64,000 nucleotides of DNA from an uncultured Fibrobacteria bacterium (GCA_963716395.1 OY970309.1:2080001-2144000), one strand, 5' to 3'; shown: positions 29,401 through 38,745, numbered from the stretch's first letter. A program made the numbers and translations. Notes: a model not told the origin generated them from the letters alone.

Positions 29401-31409
29401 ATCCCGGCACCAACGGAATTTTGTACACCAAGCCCATCACGCTGCGGAGCAACACAGTGATTGAGGCGGTCGCCGTGGCCGGGCAGGGTGTGTTTCAACA
29501 AAAAAGCGGAGTCCGCGTCGCGGCCTACGTCATTGCCAGCAGCGACACGGTGGTGGTCGCCGCCAAAGATACCGTGCCGCTGCCCGGCGGCTTTCAATTG
29601 AGAAATCTCGGCAGCGCCGCCGATACCGTGCTGTTTTTATCCTCCGACAGTTTACCGGCAGGCTTTGCGGACTTGCGTTTTCTGGTGCGCGTGATCGGAA
29701 GCGGCGGGACGCCGGCGGTGCAGTTCCTGGATGCGGCCAAGGACAGCCTGGGATTGTATTCGGCGCGCGGGGATACGGTGTTATACCTGGGTAAGGCCGC
29801 GGGAGCGACGGTCACGGCGGCCGGAGAATATTTCGCGGGGATCGACACTCTGCCTCCGGAAATTACCCTGCTGCAGGAAACCATCTTGGCGAATGATTCG
29901 ACGCAGGTGCAACTGTCCATCAAGGACAATGTCGCCAATCTGGTCTTGACGGTGACCCGATCGGATCGCAGCACCACCTCCGTCGACAGCGTTTTGGCGC
30001 CCTTGGAATATTCGACGGTGCTTAAAAATCCCGCCGGATCGTTTCAGCCTTTGACGTTGCGGATTCAGGTCGGCGATGGCCGCAATGTGTCGGCTTTTCC
30101 GGCGCCGCCGGCTAAAAGTTACGCCTTGTCGCAAGCCCTGTCGGGGGGTGCGGGCCCCAAGGTCTGGTCGGTGGGTCAGTCGACCAGCCGGCCCTGGGAC
30201 TTCGTCGGCTTGCCCTTTGCCCCGGCTTCGCCTTTGACCTTGCAAAGCCTGCGCGACCTGAACGATCTGCCGCATTTATCCGCCATGGTCTACGATACCG
30301 GCGCCAACTCCGGCTACCGCGCTTTGGCTGCCGGCGAGGCCTGGCCGGCCGGCCAGGCCTTGTGGTTGGCCAACGACAAACCCGTGCCGGCCTTGACCCT
30401 GCCGGCGCTGAAAACCTCGGCCTTGGGTCTGCAATCGATGTCGGTGGATCTCAAACCCGGCTGGAATCCGATTTGCAGCCAGCGCTTCGACACTTTGTTC
30501 TGGCCCGTCAAGCGCGGGGCGAATTACACGTTGTCGAGCGTCAAAGGCCTGTGGTCTTATTTCAACGCCACCGATTCCGACGGCTACCAGGCCGCCGACA
30601 CTTTGTTGCCCTGGCGCGGGTATTGGGTGTATAACGCCGGCGATCACGATACCACGGTGTCCTTGTCGGCGGCGGCGCTTTCCAAAACCGCGGTCGTGAG
30701 CGACCCCCTGGAGGTGGCCTTGCTTCCGAGCCGGGGTATTCCCTTGTATTTGGGGGCCGATGCCGCTTTCACCGACGGCGTCGGTCGTGAAGACGAGCCC
30801 ATGCCGCCGCAGCCTTTCGGCCAATCCTGGGCCGCGCTGCTCCGCAATGGAATTCCGCTGATGACCGACCAGGTGCATTACCAGCCCGGATCGCCTTTGC
30901 AATGGAAATTGGTTTCGTCCGGCGGAGGAGCGAACGGCGGCGGGACCCAGTGGCGTCTGGATTCCACGCAATGGATTCTTCCCGACGGCTACGAGGTTTG
31001 GGCCGTGTCCCAGCGTCGCGGTCTGCGCTTCCGGATGCAGCCCGGCACCGCTGACGCTTGGGCCGGACCGTCGGGCTTTACCGACACCTTGGCGCTTTAT
31101 GCGGCGCCTGAGACTTGGATCGCCGCCAACTTGGGGCAGATTCCGACCCAGGTCGGTGCGCTGCAACACCGCTTGCGAGCCATCGGCCAAGGCGTGGAGC
31201 TCGATTTGGTGTGGCCCGGCGACGGTCCCTTGCGCACCGAAGTGTTTGACACGCGCGGGCGCAAGTTGGCCGCCACCGCGCAAACCCTGCCCGCAGGCTA
31301 TTATCACCTCTTTCTCGCTTTGCCGCGGGTCTCGGGATTGCTGCTGCTGCGCTTCACGGGCGAAAATGGCGGCCGGCCGGTGGGGTGGACGGATCGCCTT
31401 CTCCCCTAA
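26493..31409 (+). CDS. Large secreted/surface protein with LamG-like, beta-helix-like, Ig-like and about 5 CHB_HEX_C/FN3-associated repeats, plus T9SS-like CTD
   Basis: Signal peptide; PTIVKQP...YQWQR...YRCRVSN Ig domain; repeated P..G.F.DS..VTL...I.YT.DG..P...S.LY..PI; tail VFDTRGRKL...GLLLLR. The start codon is uncertain. Confidence 0.75.
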   Translation: MDLSTLTRRPWGFSRTLRGWKIVPLAFGLLAPAAFALGDSLDFEAGVYQVGQGVAGVDNWVLYPNGMQLGINTPFIIQSDTGNKYLSCHPDLLQSYGVSRPFLPTGGVDYVDVQWKWRAESDTASLCAGIASQPNSGTATPKATVCLEPHGSVTAARGTGSALDSATKKWVHGIWYYTKIRLDISKGIYSVYSGSNPQTLADSANLLFASEPMQGAAGQQVQNFFLSAARGANTDGNVDIDDIVWIGVRDNIWVGTGTGTNLYSWYNSGNWSLGTVPDSNDIAVFGSAASPFPSPNSNRKCNLNYPGGTTPRARVFGLLVATSYTDTINLESDTLTVLLAAGINGGHFQANGGFLRFAYPSLLQVFADSTAVLAPPVLQEGPGLLTLAGSGSPIDFMGYRQTGGGLNFNGTNMTVMQGNLVVSGGANPDNPGVSGWFGLDNRTVAIPEGTLQFLGADTNDRLSLTAAHTWNLQAGGSVYARNVVLRNSHVQSTTTTAIEGNAVASVDSGGNQGWIFWTPPTIVKQPQPESLLVGAQAQFTLTVTQPDSVQYQWQRDSGSKYVELAGANAATLQIAKVAFKDDTLYRCRVSNLADTVFSKPARLAVRFPAPTANPPAGKFQDSLAVTLQDSAVAAAFYYSLNQGALQLLPAGDSVRIKDTATLSAFAVTGNDTSARASFIYTKVASGGNAAVPVAVPTSGTFPDTFSVSLNSATSGASIRYTTDGSAVTPSSPLYQNPIPIRSNITLRAVAYDPPNLNPSDTLTQSYVLAATSDSLIPPQMSAAPGFVFSDSVTVTLSALEPSSTIYYRVAGGPLVKYQSALVFKANTTVTAAVVSGGKSSRDTAWTFTRVGLASPLFTPLGRAFSDSMQVTLSLASGMTGTIHYTLTGQDPDSASPLYKNPLVFDTSTEIRAIAVQGSLTSAVHAETYTLAPDTPQVSPPAGSYPDSVTVSLISIPQAHVYYTTDSSSPNPGTNGILYTKPITLRSNTVIEAVAVAGQGVFQQKSGVRVAAYVIASSDTVVVAAKDTVPLPGGFQLRNLGSAADTVLFLSSDSLPAGFADLRFLVRVIGSGGTPAVQFLDAAKDSLGLYSARGDTVLYLGKAAGATVTAAGEYFAGIDTLPPEITLLQETILANDSTQVQLSIKDNVANLVLTVTRSDRSTTSVDSVLAPLEYSTVLKNPAGSFQPLTLRIQVGDGRNVSAFPAPPAKSYALSQALSGGAGPKVWSVGQSTSRPWDFVGLPFAPASPLTLQSLRDLNDLPHLSAMVYDTGANSGYRALAAGEAWPAGQALWLANDKPVPALTLPALKTSALGLQSMSVDLKPGWNPICSQRFDTLFWPVKRGANYTLSSVKGLWSYFNATDSDGYQAADTLLPWRGYWVYNAGDHDTTVSLSAAALSKTAVVSDPLEVALLPSRGIPLYLGADAAFTDGVGREDEPMPPQPFGQSWAALLRNGIPLMTDQVHYQPGSPLQWKLVSSGGGANGGGTQWRLDSTQWILPDGYEVWAVSQRRGLRFRMQPGTADAWAGPSGFTDTLALYAAPETWIAANLGQIPTQVGALQHRLRAIGQGVELDLVWPGDGPLRTEVFDTRGRKLAATAQTLPAGYYHLFLALPRVSGLLLLRFTGENGGRPVGWTDRLLP

Positions 31410-31507
31410 GTCGGGAGTGCATCTGAGGCGCTGCCCGGTGGAAGTGAATAGAGAGCCTTGCCGGTTGCCAACCCGCTCGACGTTCCCCGATAAAAAATCA
31501 TCCCGGA

Positions 31508-31542
31508 AAAACAAAACCCCGGTGCCGGCAGGCACCAGGGTT
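31508..31542 (-). terminator. Rho-independent terminator of the MFS gene
   Basis: aaccccggtgcc-ggca-ggcaccagggtt hairpin followed on the minus strand by a T-rich tract. Confidence 0.65.
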
Positions 31543-31589
31543 CGTGGTTTCGAACTCAGGCTGTGATTCAGCCCGAAGGGGGAAGTTGA

Positions 31590-32831
31590 CTAGGCGTTGG
31601 CGAGTCCCGCCGCATTTTTATCGCGGGCTTTCTTTTTCCGTACCCAAATGTTCAAGACGATAAACAGCACCACCAGCGTGATGGGAAACAAATCCATGGT
31701 GCCCAAGGTCTTCTGACCGGCCCACAAATCGAGTTCGTTTCCGGTCAATCCCTTGGCCGTACCCGCGGCCGTATTGGTATCGATCCAACTCCCGATAAAA
31801 GGTTGCCAGATGGAGGTGGAAAACATGCCCACCGCTCCGATCACCGACATGCCCAAGGCTCCGCTTTTGGGAATCTTGTCGGCGATGAATCCGATCATGT
31901 TCGGCCAGAAGTAGGCGACCCCCAAAGCGTATACGATCGCGGCCACATAGGCCATGCCGCCGACCTGGGTGCTGAAGAGGTGAATGCCGATGGTGGCCAA
32001 GATGGCGCCGCCCAGGAGCACGCCCGATTGATCGAATTTCCCCACCATGGTGCCGCCGAAAAAGCGGGCCACGGCCTCCAAACCGGTGACCAAGGCCAGA
32101 ATCAACATGGGTTGCGCCCCGCTCTTCGACAAGATCAGGCCGACCCATTGCTGCGGTCCGAATTCGGTGATGGCGGTCATCGACATGCAGATGAACATCA
32201 GTATGAACATGGGCGAAAGCATGGCCTTGAAGTTACTGGCCAGATGATCGGCTTCCACGACCTTCGACTTGGGAAAAGTCTGGCCGAAAAAGAGCACTGC
32301 GTAGGTCAGGGTGGGAAGCAGGATGACGGCGATTTGGGCTTGCCAAGGGGCGCTCAAGTGGGTCATGAAATCGGAAAGCAAGGACCCGATGACGATGCCG
32401 CCGGGAAACCACATGTGGAAGCGGTTCAGTTTCCCGCTCATTTCCACGCCGTCATACGCATCGGCGATCATGGGGTTGCAGGCCGCTTCGGTGCAGCCGT
32501 TGCCCAAACCGATTAAGAAGGTGGAGACGAGCAAGCCGACAAAGCTGGTGCTGATAATGTTCAGCAAGATGCCAACCGTGTGTACGATGAAAGCGAACTG
32601 CATGATTTTCTTGGGGCCGACGGTATGGTAAACCAGTCCGCCGATCAGCATGGACAAGGGGAAGCCCAGAAACCACATGCTGTTGATGACGCCCAATTGA
32701 TGGGCCGTGAAATTCAGGTCCTTCCCCAGTTGGGCCAGAATGCCGGCCCGTATGCTGAAGGAGAAGGCCGTGGTAATCAGGGCGAAACAGCTGGCGACAA
32801 AAAGCCGTTCTTTATTTTCCTTATGTTCCAT
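31590..32831 (-). CDS. MFS transporter (sugar/fucose-permease-like)
   Basis: About 12 TMs; RLFVASCFALITTAFSFSIR, GNGCTEAACNP and HMWFPGGIVIG; AAGGA RBS before MEHK. Confidence 0.88.
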   Translation of the reverse strand: MEHKENKERLFVASCFALITTAFSFSIRAGILAQLGKDLNFTAHQLGVINSMWFLGFPLSMLIGGLVYHTVGPKKIMQFAFIVHTVGILLNIISTSFVGLLVSTFLIGLGNGCTEAACNPMIADAYDGVEMSGKLNRFHMWFPGGIVIGSLLSDFMTHLSAPWQAQIAVILLPTLTYAVLFFGQTFPKSKVVEADHLASNFKAMLSPMFILMFICMSMTAITEFGPQQWVGLILSKSGAQPMLILALVTGLEAVARFFGGTMVGKFDQSGVLLGGAILATIGIHLFSTQVGGMAYVAAIVYALGVAYFWPNMIGFIADKIPKSGALGMSVIGAVGMFSTSIWQPFIGSWIDTNTAAGTAKGLTGNELDLWAGQKTLGTMDLFPITLVVLFIVLNIWVRKKKARDKNAAGLANA

Positions 32832-33139
32832 ATGGTTTCCTTTACCATTTAGTGAAGGTCGACATCGTACCGATTCTCGCGCCGCAGGCATTGCCTGCGG
32901 CGGTGATGGAGAGCCACTCCACCTTGGATTCCCAAGGCCGGAAGGTTGCAGGACAAATTACAATATGCGAAGAACAATTTTCACAAATGCAACGGAACTT
33001 TATCCGTTGAAACCGTTCTCTGCTTCCCGGCTGCCAGGCGCACAAATTTACCGATCACGATTTTGAACCGGACCTTAAACCCGTTACGTCCAAATGCATC
33101 GATAGAAAATACCGGCAGAAGCGAAAATAGGCGGGCCGC

Positions 33140-33928
33140 TTAGCGTAAAAAAAGAAACACCGCCGCCGCAATTCCCATGCGGTAAATCGCAAACACGGTC
33201 AGGGGATGTTTGGTCAGATAGCGCAGTAAAAAACGTACCGAAAGCCAGGCGCAAAACCAGGAAACCACAAACCCGATGGCGAAATAACCGAGATCGCGCA
33301 CGCTTAACTGCGCCCAGCTTTTATACAAATCGTAAATCGAAGCCGCCGAAACGATGGGAACGGCCGCCAAAAAAGAAAACTCGGCGGAGACGCCGCGCGA
33401 CAGGCCTAAAAACATGCCGCCCACGATGGTGGAAGAAGAGCGCGACATGCCCGGCCACAGCGCCAGGCATTGAAAAAATCCGATGCCCAAAGCCTGCTTC
33501 CAGGTGACTCCGTCTACCGAGGTGGTGCGGGTTTTGGGGTGCAGCCATTCCACGGCCAGCATGAGCAGGCTTCCGGCAAATAATCCCATGGCCACCGTAG
33601 TGGTGTTGAAGAGGTGCGCTTTGATGCCGTCATGTAGCAACCAGCCGAATACCATGCCGGGAGCGCTGACCACGATTAAGAGCCAAATCCCCCGCCGGCC
33701 GGAAAATCCGCTCGAGGCCTGGGTCGAGAGCAGGGAGGTGAAACGTTTCCAGAACACACCCACGACAGCCAGGATGGCTCCCAACTGAATGAAGACTTCG
33801 AAGGTTTCGGCCTTCGGCCCGGTATAGCCCAACAGATGCCCGGCCAGGATAAGGTGGCCGGTGGAAGAGACGGGAACGTATTCGGTGAAGCCTTCGACGA
33901 TGCCCAGTAAAATGGCGATGAGAAGCAT
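33140..33928 (-). CDS. uppP: Undecaprenyl-diphosphate phosphatase
   Basis: GIVEGFTEYVPVSSTGH, IQLGAILAV, PGMSRSSSTI and AEFSF. Confidence 0.96.
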   Translation of the reverse strand: MLLIAILLGIVEGFTEYVPVSSTGHLILAGHLLGYTGPKAETFEVFIQLGAILAVVGVFWKRFTSLLSTQASSGFSGRRGIWLLIVVSAPGMVFGWLLHDGIKAHLFNTTTVAMGLFAGSLLMLAVEWLHPKTRTTSVDGVTWKQALGIGFFQCLALWPGMSRSSSTIVGGMFLGLSRGVSAEFSFLAAVPIVSAASIYDLYKSWAQLSVRDLGYFAIGFVVSWFCAWLSVRFLLRYLTKHPLTVFAIYRMGIAAAVFLFLR

Positions 33929-34031
33929 GGCGGGGCAAAGTAGTATGTCGGAAGCCCGTGCGGGTGGGATTTATCTTTGCGGCGCCTGCGGATCCCATCC
34001 GTACGCCCCCTCGATGGGCCGGGAGGCTGAC

Positions 34032-35012
34032 ATGCAAAAATCCGGCTCCGCATCCGCCGGTCGCCGCGTGCCTGACGATTACGGGTTTTCCACCCAGGTC
34101 GGCGCGCGCGGGGCGCGCCTCATCCGCCGCGACGGCATGTTCAACGTCGACCGCAAAGGTCTTTCTTTTCTGCAGTCGCTCAGTATTTACCATGCCTTGA
34201 TCAATATGTCGTGGAAGGCGTTTTACGCCATGGTGCTGGCGGTGTTTCTCGGAGCCAACGCCGGATTTTCCCTGATCTATCTCGGCCTCGGGTTCACCCA
34301 TTTGCGCGGCGCCGAAGACGGAGCGGCCTGGCAACGTTTCGCCAGCGCGTTTTTCTTCAGCACACAAACGCTGACCACCGTGGGCTACGGGCATGTTTAT
34401 CCCGTGGGGTTCTGGACCAATGCCGTGGCCTCGCTGGAATCCATGCTCGGGCTGCTGGCTTTCGCCGTGGCCACCGGGCTTTTGTTCGCACGCTTTTCCC
34501 GCCCGCATGCCAAAATCCTGTTCAGCCGGCAGGCGCTGATTGCGCCGTATGCCGAAGGGCGTGCTTTCATGTTTCGCATCGCCAACGCGCACCGCTATCC
34601 GCTCATCGAACCCGAGGTGTACGTCGGGTACTCCGGCGTGGCGGGCCGTGGCGCCGCGGCCGAACGCCGCTTTCAGGAACTGCGGCTGGAGCGAAGCCGC
34701 ATCACCTTTTTTCCCCTGAGTTGGACCGTGGTGCATCCCATCGATGCCGATAGCCCGCTGGTAGGGATTTCAGCCCATGATTTGCAAAACTCCGACGCCG
34801 AGTTCTTCGTTCAGGTCAAGGCCTATGACGACGGTTTTCACCAGACCGTGCACGCCCGCTTTTCGTACAAGGCCGGCGAAATCGTATGGGGCGGAAAATT
34901 CGCGTCGATTTTCAGCCGGGGCGAAGACGGTGCCACGGTTTTGGATCTGGGCCGGCTGAGCGAATATGCGGCGGCGGATTTGCCGTCGCCGGTTCCGCAT
35001 CCGCAGGATTGA
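34032..35012 (+). CDS. Prokaryotic inward-rectifier K+ channel (KirBac)
   Basis: AFFFSTQTLTTVGYG filter, TGLLFARFSRP, MFRIAN and WTVVHPIDADSPL; GGGAGG RBS. Confidence 0.92.
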   Translation: MQKSGSASAGRRVPDDYGFSTQVGARGARLIRRDGMFNVDRKGLSFLQSLSIYHALINMSWKAFYAMVLAVFLGANAGFSLIYLGLGFTHLRGAEDGAAWQRFASAFFFSTQTLTTVGYGHVYPVGFWTNAVASLESMLGLLAFAVATGLLFARFSRPHAKILFSRQALIAPYAEGRAFMFRIANAHRYPLIEPEVYVGYSGVAGRGAAAERRFQELRLERSRITFFPLSWTVVHPIDADSPLVGISAHDLQNSDAEFFVQVKAYDDGFHQTVHARFSYKAGEIVWGGKFASIFSRGEDGATVLDLGRLSEYAAADLPSPVPHPQD

Positions 35013-35019
35013 TCCCGCG

Positions 35020-36972
35020 TCACATCTCGGCTTGTGAAACCGCGATGACCTGCTCCACGGTGGTCAGGCCGGCCAGGGCCTTTTCCAGACCGTCGCGCCG
35101 CAGCGTCGCCATGCCCAGATTGCGGATGGCGTATTGCTTGATTTCGTCGCTGCTTTTGCGTTCGAAGATCATTTTGCACATCGCGTCGTCGGGAGTGAGC
35201 ACTTCGAACAGGGCTAAACGTCCTTTGTAACCGCTGCCGTTGCAGGTCTGGCAGCCCTTGCCTTGGTAAAAGAGCGTGCCCGGCTGGATGCCGAGATTCT
35301 GCAGGGCCGCGTCGGAAAGCTGCACCGGTTGGCGGCACTTGTCGCAGATGCGACGCACCAAGCGCTGGGCCAGCACGCCTTTTACGCACGAAGTCACCAG
35401 AAAGGGTTCGATGCCCATGTCGAGCAGGCGGGTGAAGGCGCCGGCCGCGTCGTTGGTGTGCAACGTCGAGAACACCAAATGGCCCGTGAGCGCTGCCTGA
35501 ATGGCCATCTCGCAGGTTTCCCGATCGCGCATCTCGCCCAGCATGATGATGTCCGGATCTTGGCGCAGAATGGAGCGCATGCCGGCCGCGAAGGTGAAAC
35601 CCGCGGCGTTGTTGATCTGGCCCTGCGAGATGCCGGAAATGTTTTTTTCCACCGGATCTTCCATGGTCACGATGTTGACGTCGGGTTGGTTCACATGGTT
35701 GACGAAGGTGTACAGGGTGCTCGATTTACCGCTACCCGTGGGTCCGGTCACCAGCACGATGCCATCGGGCAATTCCACTAGGTGCTGGATGACGGGGAAG
35801 ACGGTTTGCGAAAACCCGAGCGCGTTCAGACCTTTCACTTCGGAGTTGGGATCGATGATGCGGATCACCAGCTTTTCAATCACCCCCCGGCTGCGCAGCA
35901 GCATGGGGAAGGTGGAAATGCGCAAATCCACTTCTTTGCCCTGATAGCGGATATGGGCGCGCCCGTCCAGGGGCCGGCGTTTCTCGGCGATATCCATGCC
36001 CGCCGTCACCTTGATGCGCGAAATAATTTGGCTCATCAGCCGCGAGGGAATGGGATTCTGCTCGACGAGATCGCCGTCGACGCGGAAACGGACGCGCATG
36101 CTGCGCTCCTGGGGCTCCAGATGGATGTCGGAAGCCCCGAGCCGGATGGCCTCGGTCAGGATGAGGTTGACGATCTTGACGATTTGCCGGCCTTCTTCAT
36201 CGGCCACGGGAAGGTCGGATTCGCCGTTGTCCTCTTTGCGGGTGGTGTCGGTGAGCAAATCCTCGTCGCTGATGCCCTTCTGTTTGAGCAGGTCGCTTAA
36301 TTGCTCCTTGACGCCGCTGCCGTACACGCGGTCGATGGCTTCGAGAATCTCGGCCTCGGTGGCGATCACCGGTTCGACGTCTTTGCCGGTTTTGAACTTG
36401 ATGTGATCGAGGCTGCGCAGGTTGGTGGGGTCGGCCATGGCCACCGTGACGACGCCGTCGCGTTCGTACAAGGGGATGACCTTGTAGGCGCGCGCCATGT
36501 CATGCGACACCAGCGCCGTGATGCCTTTTTCGAACTTGAAGTTTTCCAACACCACGTGCTGCAGATCGAGTTGGGCCGCCAACGCGTCGAGCAGGCGGAT
36601 CTCGTCGAGGTACCCGAGTTTTACCAGGGTTTTGCCCAGGGGCAGGTTGAAATCTTTCTGCTTGGCCAGTCCTTCTTCGAGTTGCTTCGGGGTGATGTAT
36701 CCGTGTTCCAGCAGAATCTCGCCGGTTCGCTTGCGTGACGAGGTTTCCAACTGCCGGCCAAGCACGTTGTTCAGGGTGTCGACATCGATAAAACCCATGC
36801 GCAACAGCACGGTACCGAGGCTGATTCCGCTTTGCAAGTGATAGGCCAACGCCTGATTCAATTGATCCTGGGTGACGTAACCCTGGGCCAGCAGGATTTC
36901 GCCCACTTTCAAGCGCCGCTTGCTTTGCTGCACGCTCGCGGTTTTGGGCTCGCCTTCGGTTTCGGTGCTCAT
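35020..36972 (-). CDS. PilB/GspE-family secretion ATPase with tandem MshEN-type N-terminal motifs
   Basis: ASDIHLEP, GPTGSGKSST, TMEDPVE, LRQDPDIIMLGEMRD, TGHLVFSTLHTN and Zn Cys motifs; KVGEILL and RTGEILL repeats. Confidence 0.93.
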   Translation of the reverse strand: MSTETEGEPKTASVQQSKRRLKVGEILLAQGYVTQDQLNQALAYHLQSGISLGTVLLRMGFIDVDTLNNVLGRQLETSSRKRTGEILLEHGYITPKQLEEGLAKQKDFNLPLGKTLVKLGYLDEIRLLDALAAQLDLQHVVLENFKFEKGITALVSHDMARAYKVIPLYERDGVVTVAMADPTNLRSLDHIKFKTGKDVEPVIATEAEILEAIDRVYGSGVKEQLSDLLKQKGISDEDLLTDTTRKEDNGESDLPVADEEGRQIVKIVNLILTEAIRLGASDIHLEPQERSMRVRFRVDGDLVEQNPIPSRLMSQIISRIKVTAGMDIAEKRRPLDGRAHIRYQGKEVDLRISTFPMLLRSRGVIEKLVIRIIDPNSEVKGLNALGFSQTVFPVIQHLVELPDGIVLVTGPTGSGKSSTLYTFVNHVNQPDVNIVTMEDPVEKNISGISQGQINNAAGFTFAAGMRSILRQDPDIIMLGEMRDRETCEMAIQAALTGHLVFSTLHTNDAAGAFTRLLDMGIEPFLVTSCVKGVLAQRLVRRICDKCRQPVQLSDAALQNLGIQPGTLFYQGKGCQTCNGSGYKGRLALFEVLTPDDAMCKMIFERKSSDEIKQYAIRNLGMATLRRDGLEKALAGLTTVEQVIAVSQAEM

Positions 36973-37937
36973 GCGTGCGAATAGCCGCCGGCCGGCAATT
37001 CCTCCGTCTTTCCGTCACGCGCAAGAAAAACGCCCGATCCTTTTTCCACTTCGCCGATCTCGGCGATGGCCGCAAACCGTCTCAGGCGTTGCAACTCGTC
37101 AGCGGAAAACTCGCCTGTGAACAGCAATTGATATTCCTCCCCGCCGTGCAATACGCAGAGGTCCATTTTTTCAGGCTCCCAACCGGTTTGCAGGGCGGGA
37201 GCTATGGGAAGTTTACTCCATTCCACGCGCAGGGCACAACCCGACCGGCGCGACAAATGCCATAGTTCGGAGGAGAGCCCGTCGCTGATATCGATGGCCG
37301 CCACGGTTTTCCCCGATTCCGACAAAGCGGGACCCAACTGCAAAGGCGGAGCCGGATCGAAATGCGCCGTGATCAACGGAGGCTCGGGTTGTTCCGGCCC
37401 TTGCGCTTGCAGCAGACTCAAACCCGCGGCCGAAGCGCCCAATACTCCGGTCACGAAGATGCGATGGCCCGGCGCGCATTGCGATCGCAACAGGGGCCGG
37501 CCGGCGATTTGACCCAGCACGGTGAAGGCGAAAAAGCTGTTTCCGGCCGCGGTCACCGTGTCTCCGCCGGCCATGCGAAAGCCCCACTCGTGTTCCAGGT
37601 TGCGCAGGCAGCGGCCCAACGCTACGAACACCCCGTCGTCCCACTCTCGCCGCGCCCCGAGATTGAACAAGGCATAGCGGCTGCGCCCGCCCATGGCGTT
37701 GACGTCGGAGAGATTGGCCAAAAGGGCTTTGCGCAAAGCCCGCTCCGGCGTCGTCCAATCGAGCCGGTAATGCACGCCTTCGGAGCTGGCGTCGGAAGTG
37801 GCGATCCAGGTTCCCGCCTCGGGGCCGAACAGAAAGGCGTCATCGCCCAAACCCCGGCCGTCCATCGCGAAGCGATCCGCCGGAAACATCGCTTCAATGC
37901 GGGCAAATTCCCCGCCTGCGGCAAAATAGCGATTCAC
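36969..37937 (-). CDS. thiL: Thiamine-monophosphate kinase
   Basis: GEF, GLGDDA, NLSDVNAMG, GGDT, IDISDGL and GGEEYQLLFT. Confidence 0.93.
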   Translation of the reverse strand: MNRYFAAGGEFARIEAMFPADRFAMDGRGLGDDAFLFGPEAGTWIATSDASSEGVHYRLDWTTPERALRKALLANLSDVNAMGGRSRYALFNLGARREWDDGVFVALGRCLRNLEHEWGFRMAGGDTVTAAGNSFFAFTVLGQIAGRPLLRSQCAPGHRIFVTGVLGASAAGLSLLQAQGPEQPEPPLITAHFDPAPPLQLGPALSESGKTVAAIDISDGLSSELWHLSRRSGCALRVEWSKLPIAPALQTGWEPEKMDLCVLHGGEEYQLLFTGEFSADELQRLRRFAAIAEIGEVEKGSGVFLARDGKTEELPAGGYSHA

Positions 37938-37978
37938 CCGAAAAAATTAGCAACCCGGCGCGGCGCCCGCAAAAACCC

Positions 37979-38125
37979 TCAAGGCGCGGGTGCGCCCTGA
38001 ATCCGGCCCACCGGGACCGCGGCCTGCGGCCGGTGCATTTTCATTCTCCGCGCGCAGTCCATCATCACCACGGTGACTCCGAAAAAAAAGAGGAGCACGA
38101 TCAGCAAACGGCTCGATGCGTTCAT
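37979..38125 (-). CDS. 48-aa small membrane protein or possible lipoprotein (below the ORF-track cutoff)
   Basis: Hand translation MNASSRLLIVLLFFFGVTVVMMDCARRMKMHRPQAAVPVGRIQGAPAP*; one TM helix; G-rich RBS-like tract and TATAAT upstream. Confidence 0.5.
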   Translation of the reverse strand: MNASSRLLIVLLFFFGVTVVMMDCARRMKMHRPQAAVPVGRIQGAPAP

Positions 38126-38265
38126 ACCGCCCCCGTACGAAGAAGATTATAGCACGACCGGCCGAACCGTGCAGGTCCTCGCAATCGGTGCTCCCCGGCG
38201 GCACGAAGTTGCGGCATTTGAAGCGGGAAAGAGAAAAGTTATATCTGGCTCGCTTTGGAGCACAC

Positions 38266-38460
38266 ATGGATTTTTCCCATATCGACGTCGATCCCGCCAT
38301 CTGCGCAGGCCAACCCCATATCCGAGGGACGCGGCTGACCGTCGATTTTTTACGCGCGTTGCTGGCTGCCGGATGGAAACCGGCCGATGTATTGGAAATC
38401 TATCCCTACCTGACCGCCGCCGATCTCGAAGCCTGTTCGCAATATTCCGCCCAGCCGTAG
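38266..38460 (+). CDS. DUF433 family protein (antitoxin-like wHTH)
   Basis: IDVDPAICAGQPHIRGTRLTV...YPYLT..D..AC..Y; GGAG RBS. Confidence 0.9.
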   Translation: MDFSHIDVDPAICAGQPHIRGTRLTVDFLRALLAAGWKPADVLEIYPYLTAADLEACSQYSAQP

Positions 38461-38682
38461 AGCTTGCTGCGGCCTTTTCGCGGCGACCGGCGGGTTCGAG
38501 GCGGAGGCAAATCAGGGCTTCCGGCCCTTCCATCCATCCGTTCAAGCATTTGAAACCGATTTCGGAGATTTTAAGGCAACCCGCGCGGCGGAGCCGATGG
38601 CCGGACCCGGTTCGAAGTTCCACCGCGGCCTTGCGGCCTTCCCGGCCCGGATTCGGCAAAACGCCGATTCCGGCGAGTCCCC

Positions 38683-38710
38683 TCAAGAGTCCGTGGCGAT
38701 CGGTCGATAT
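38683..38710 (+). promoter_or_regulatory. Putative sigma-28 (FliA) promoter of fliD
   Basis: TCAAG-N15-GTCGATAT resembles the TAAA-N15-GCCGATAA consensus and lies 35 nt before fliD. Confidence 0.7.
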
Positions 38711-38745
38711 AAGAGACGGATCGCATCGAAACGGCACGGACGGGT

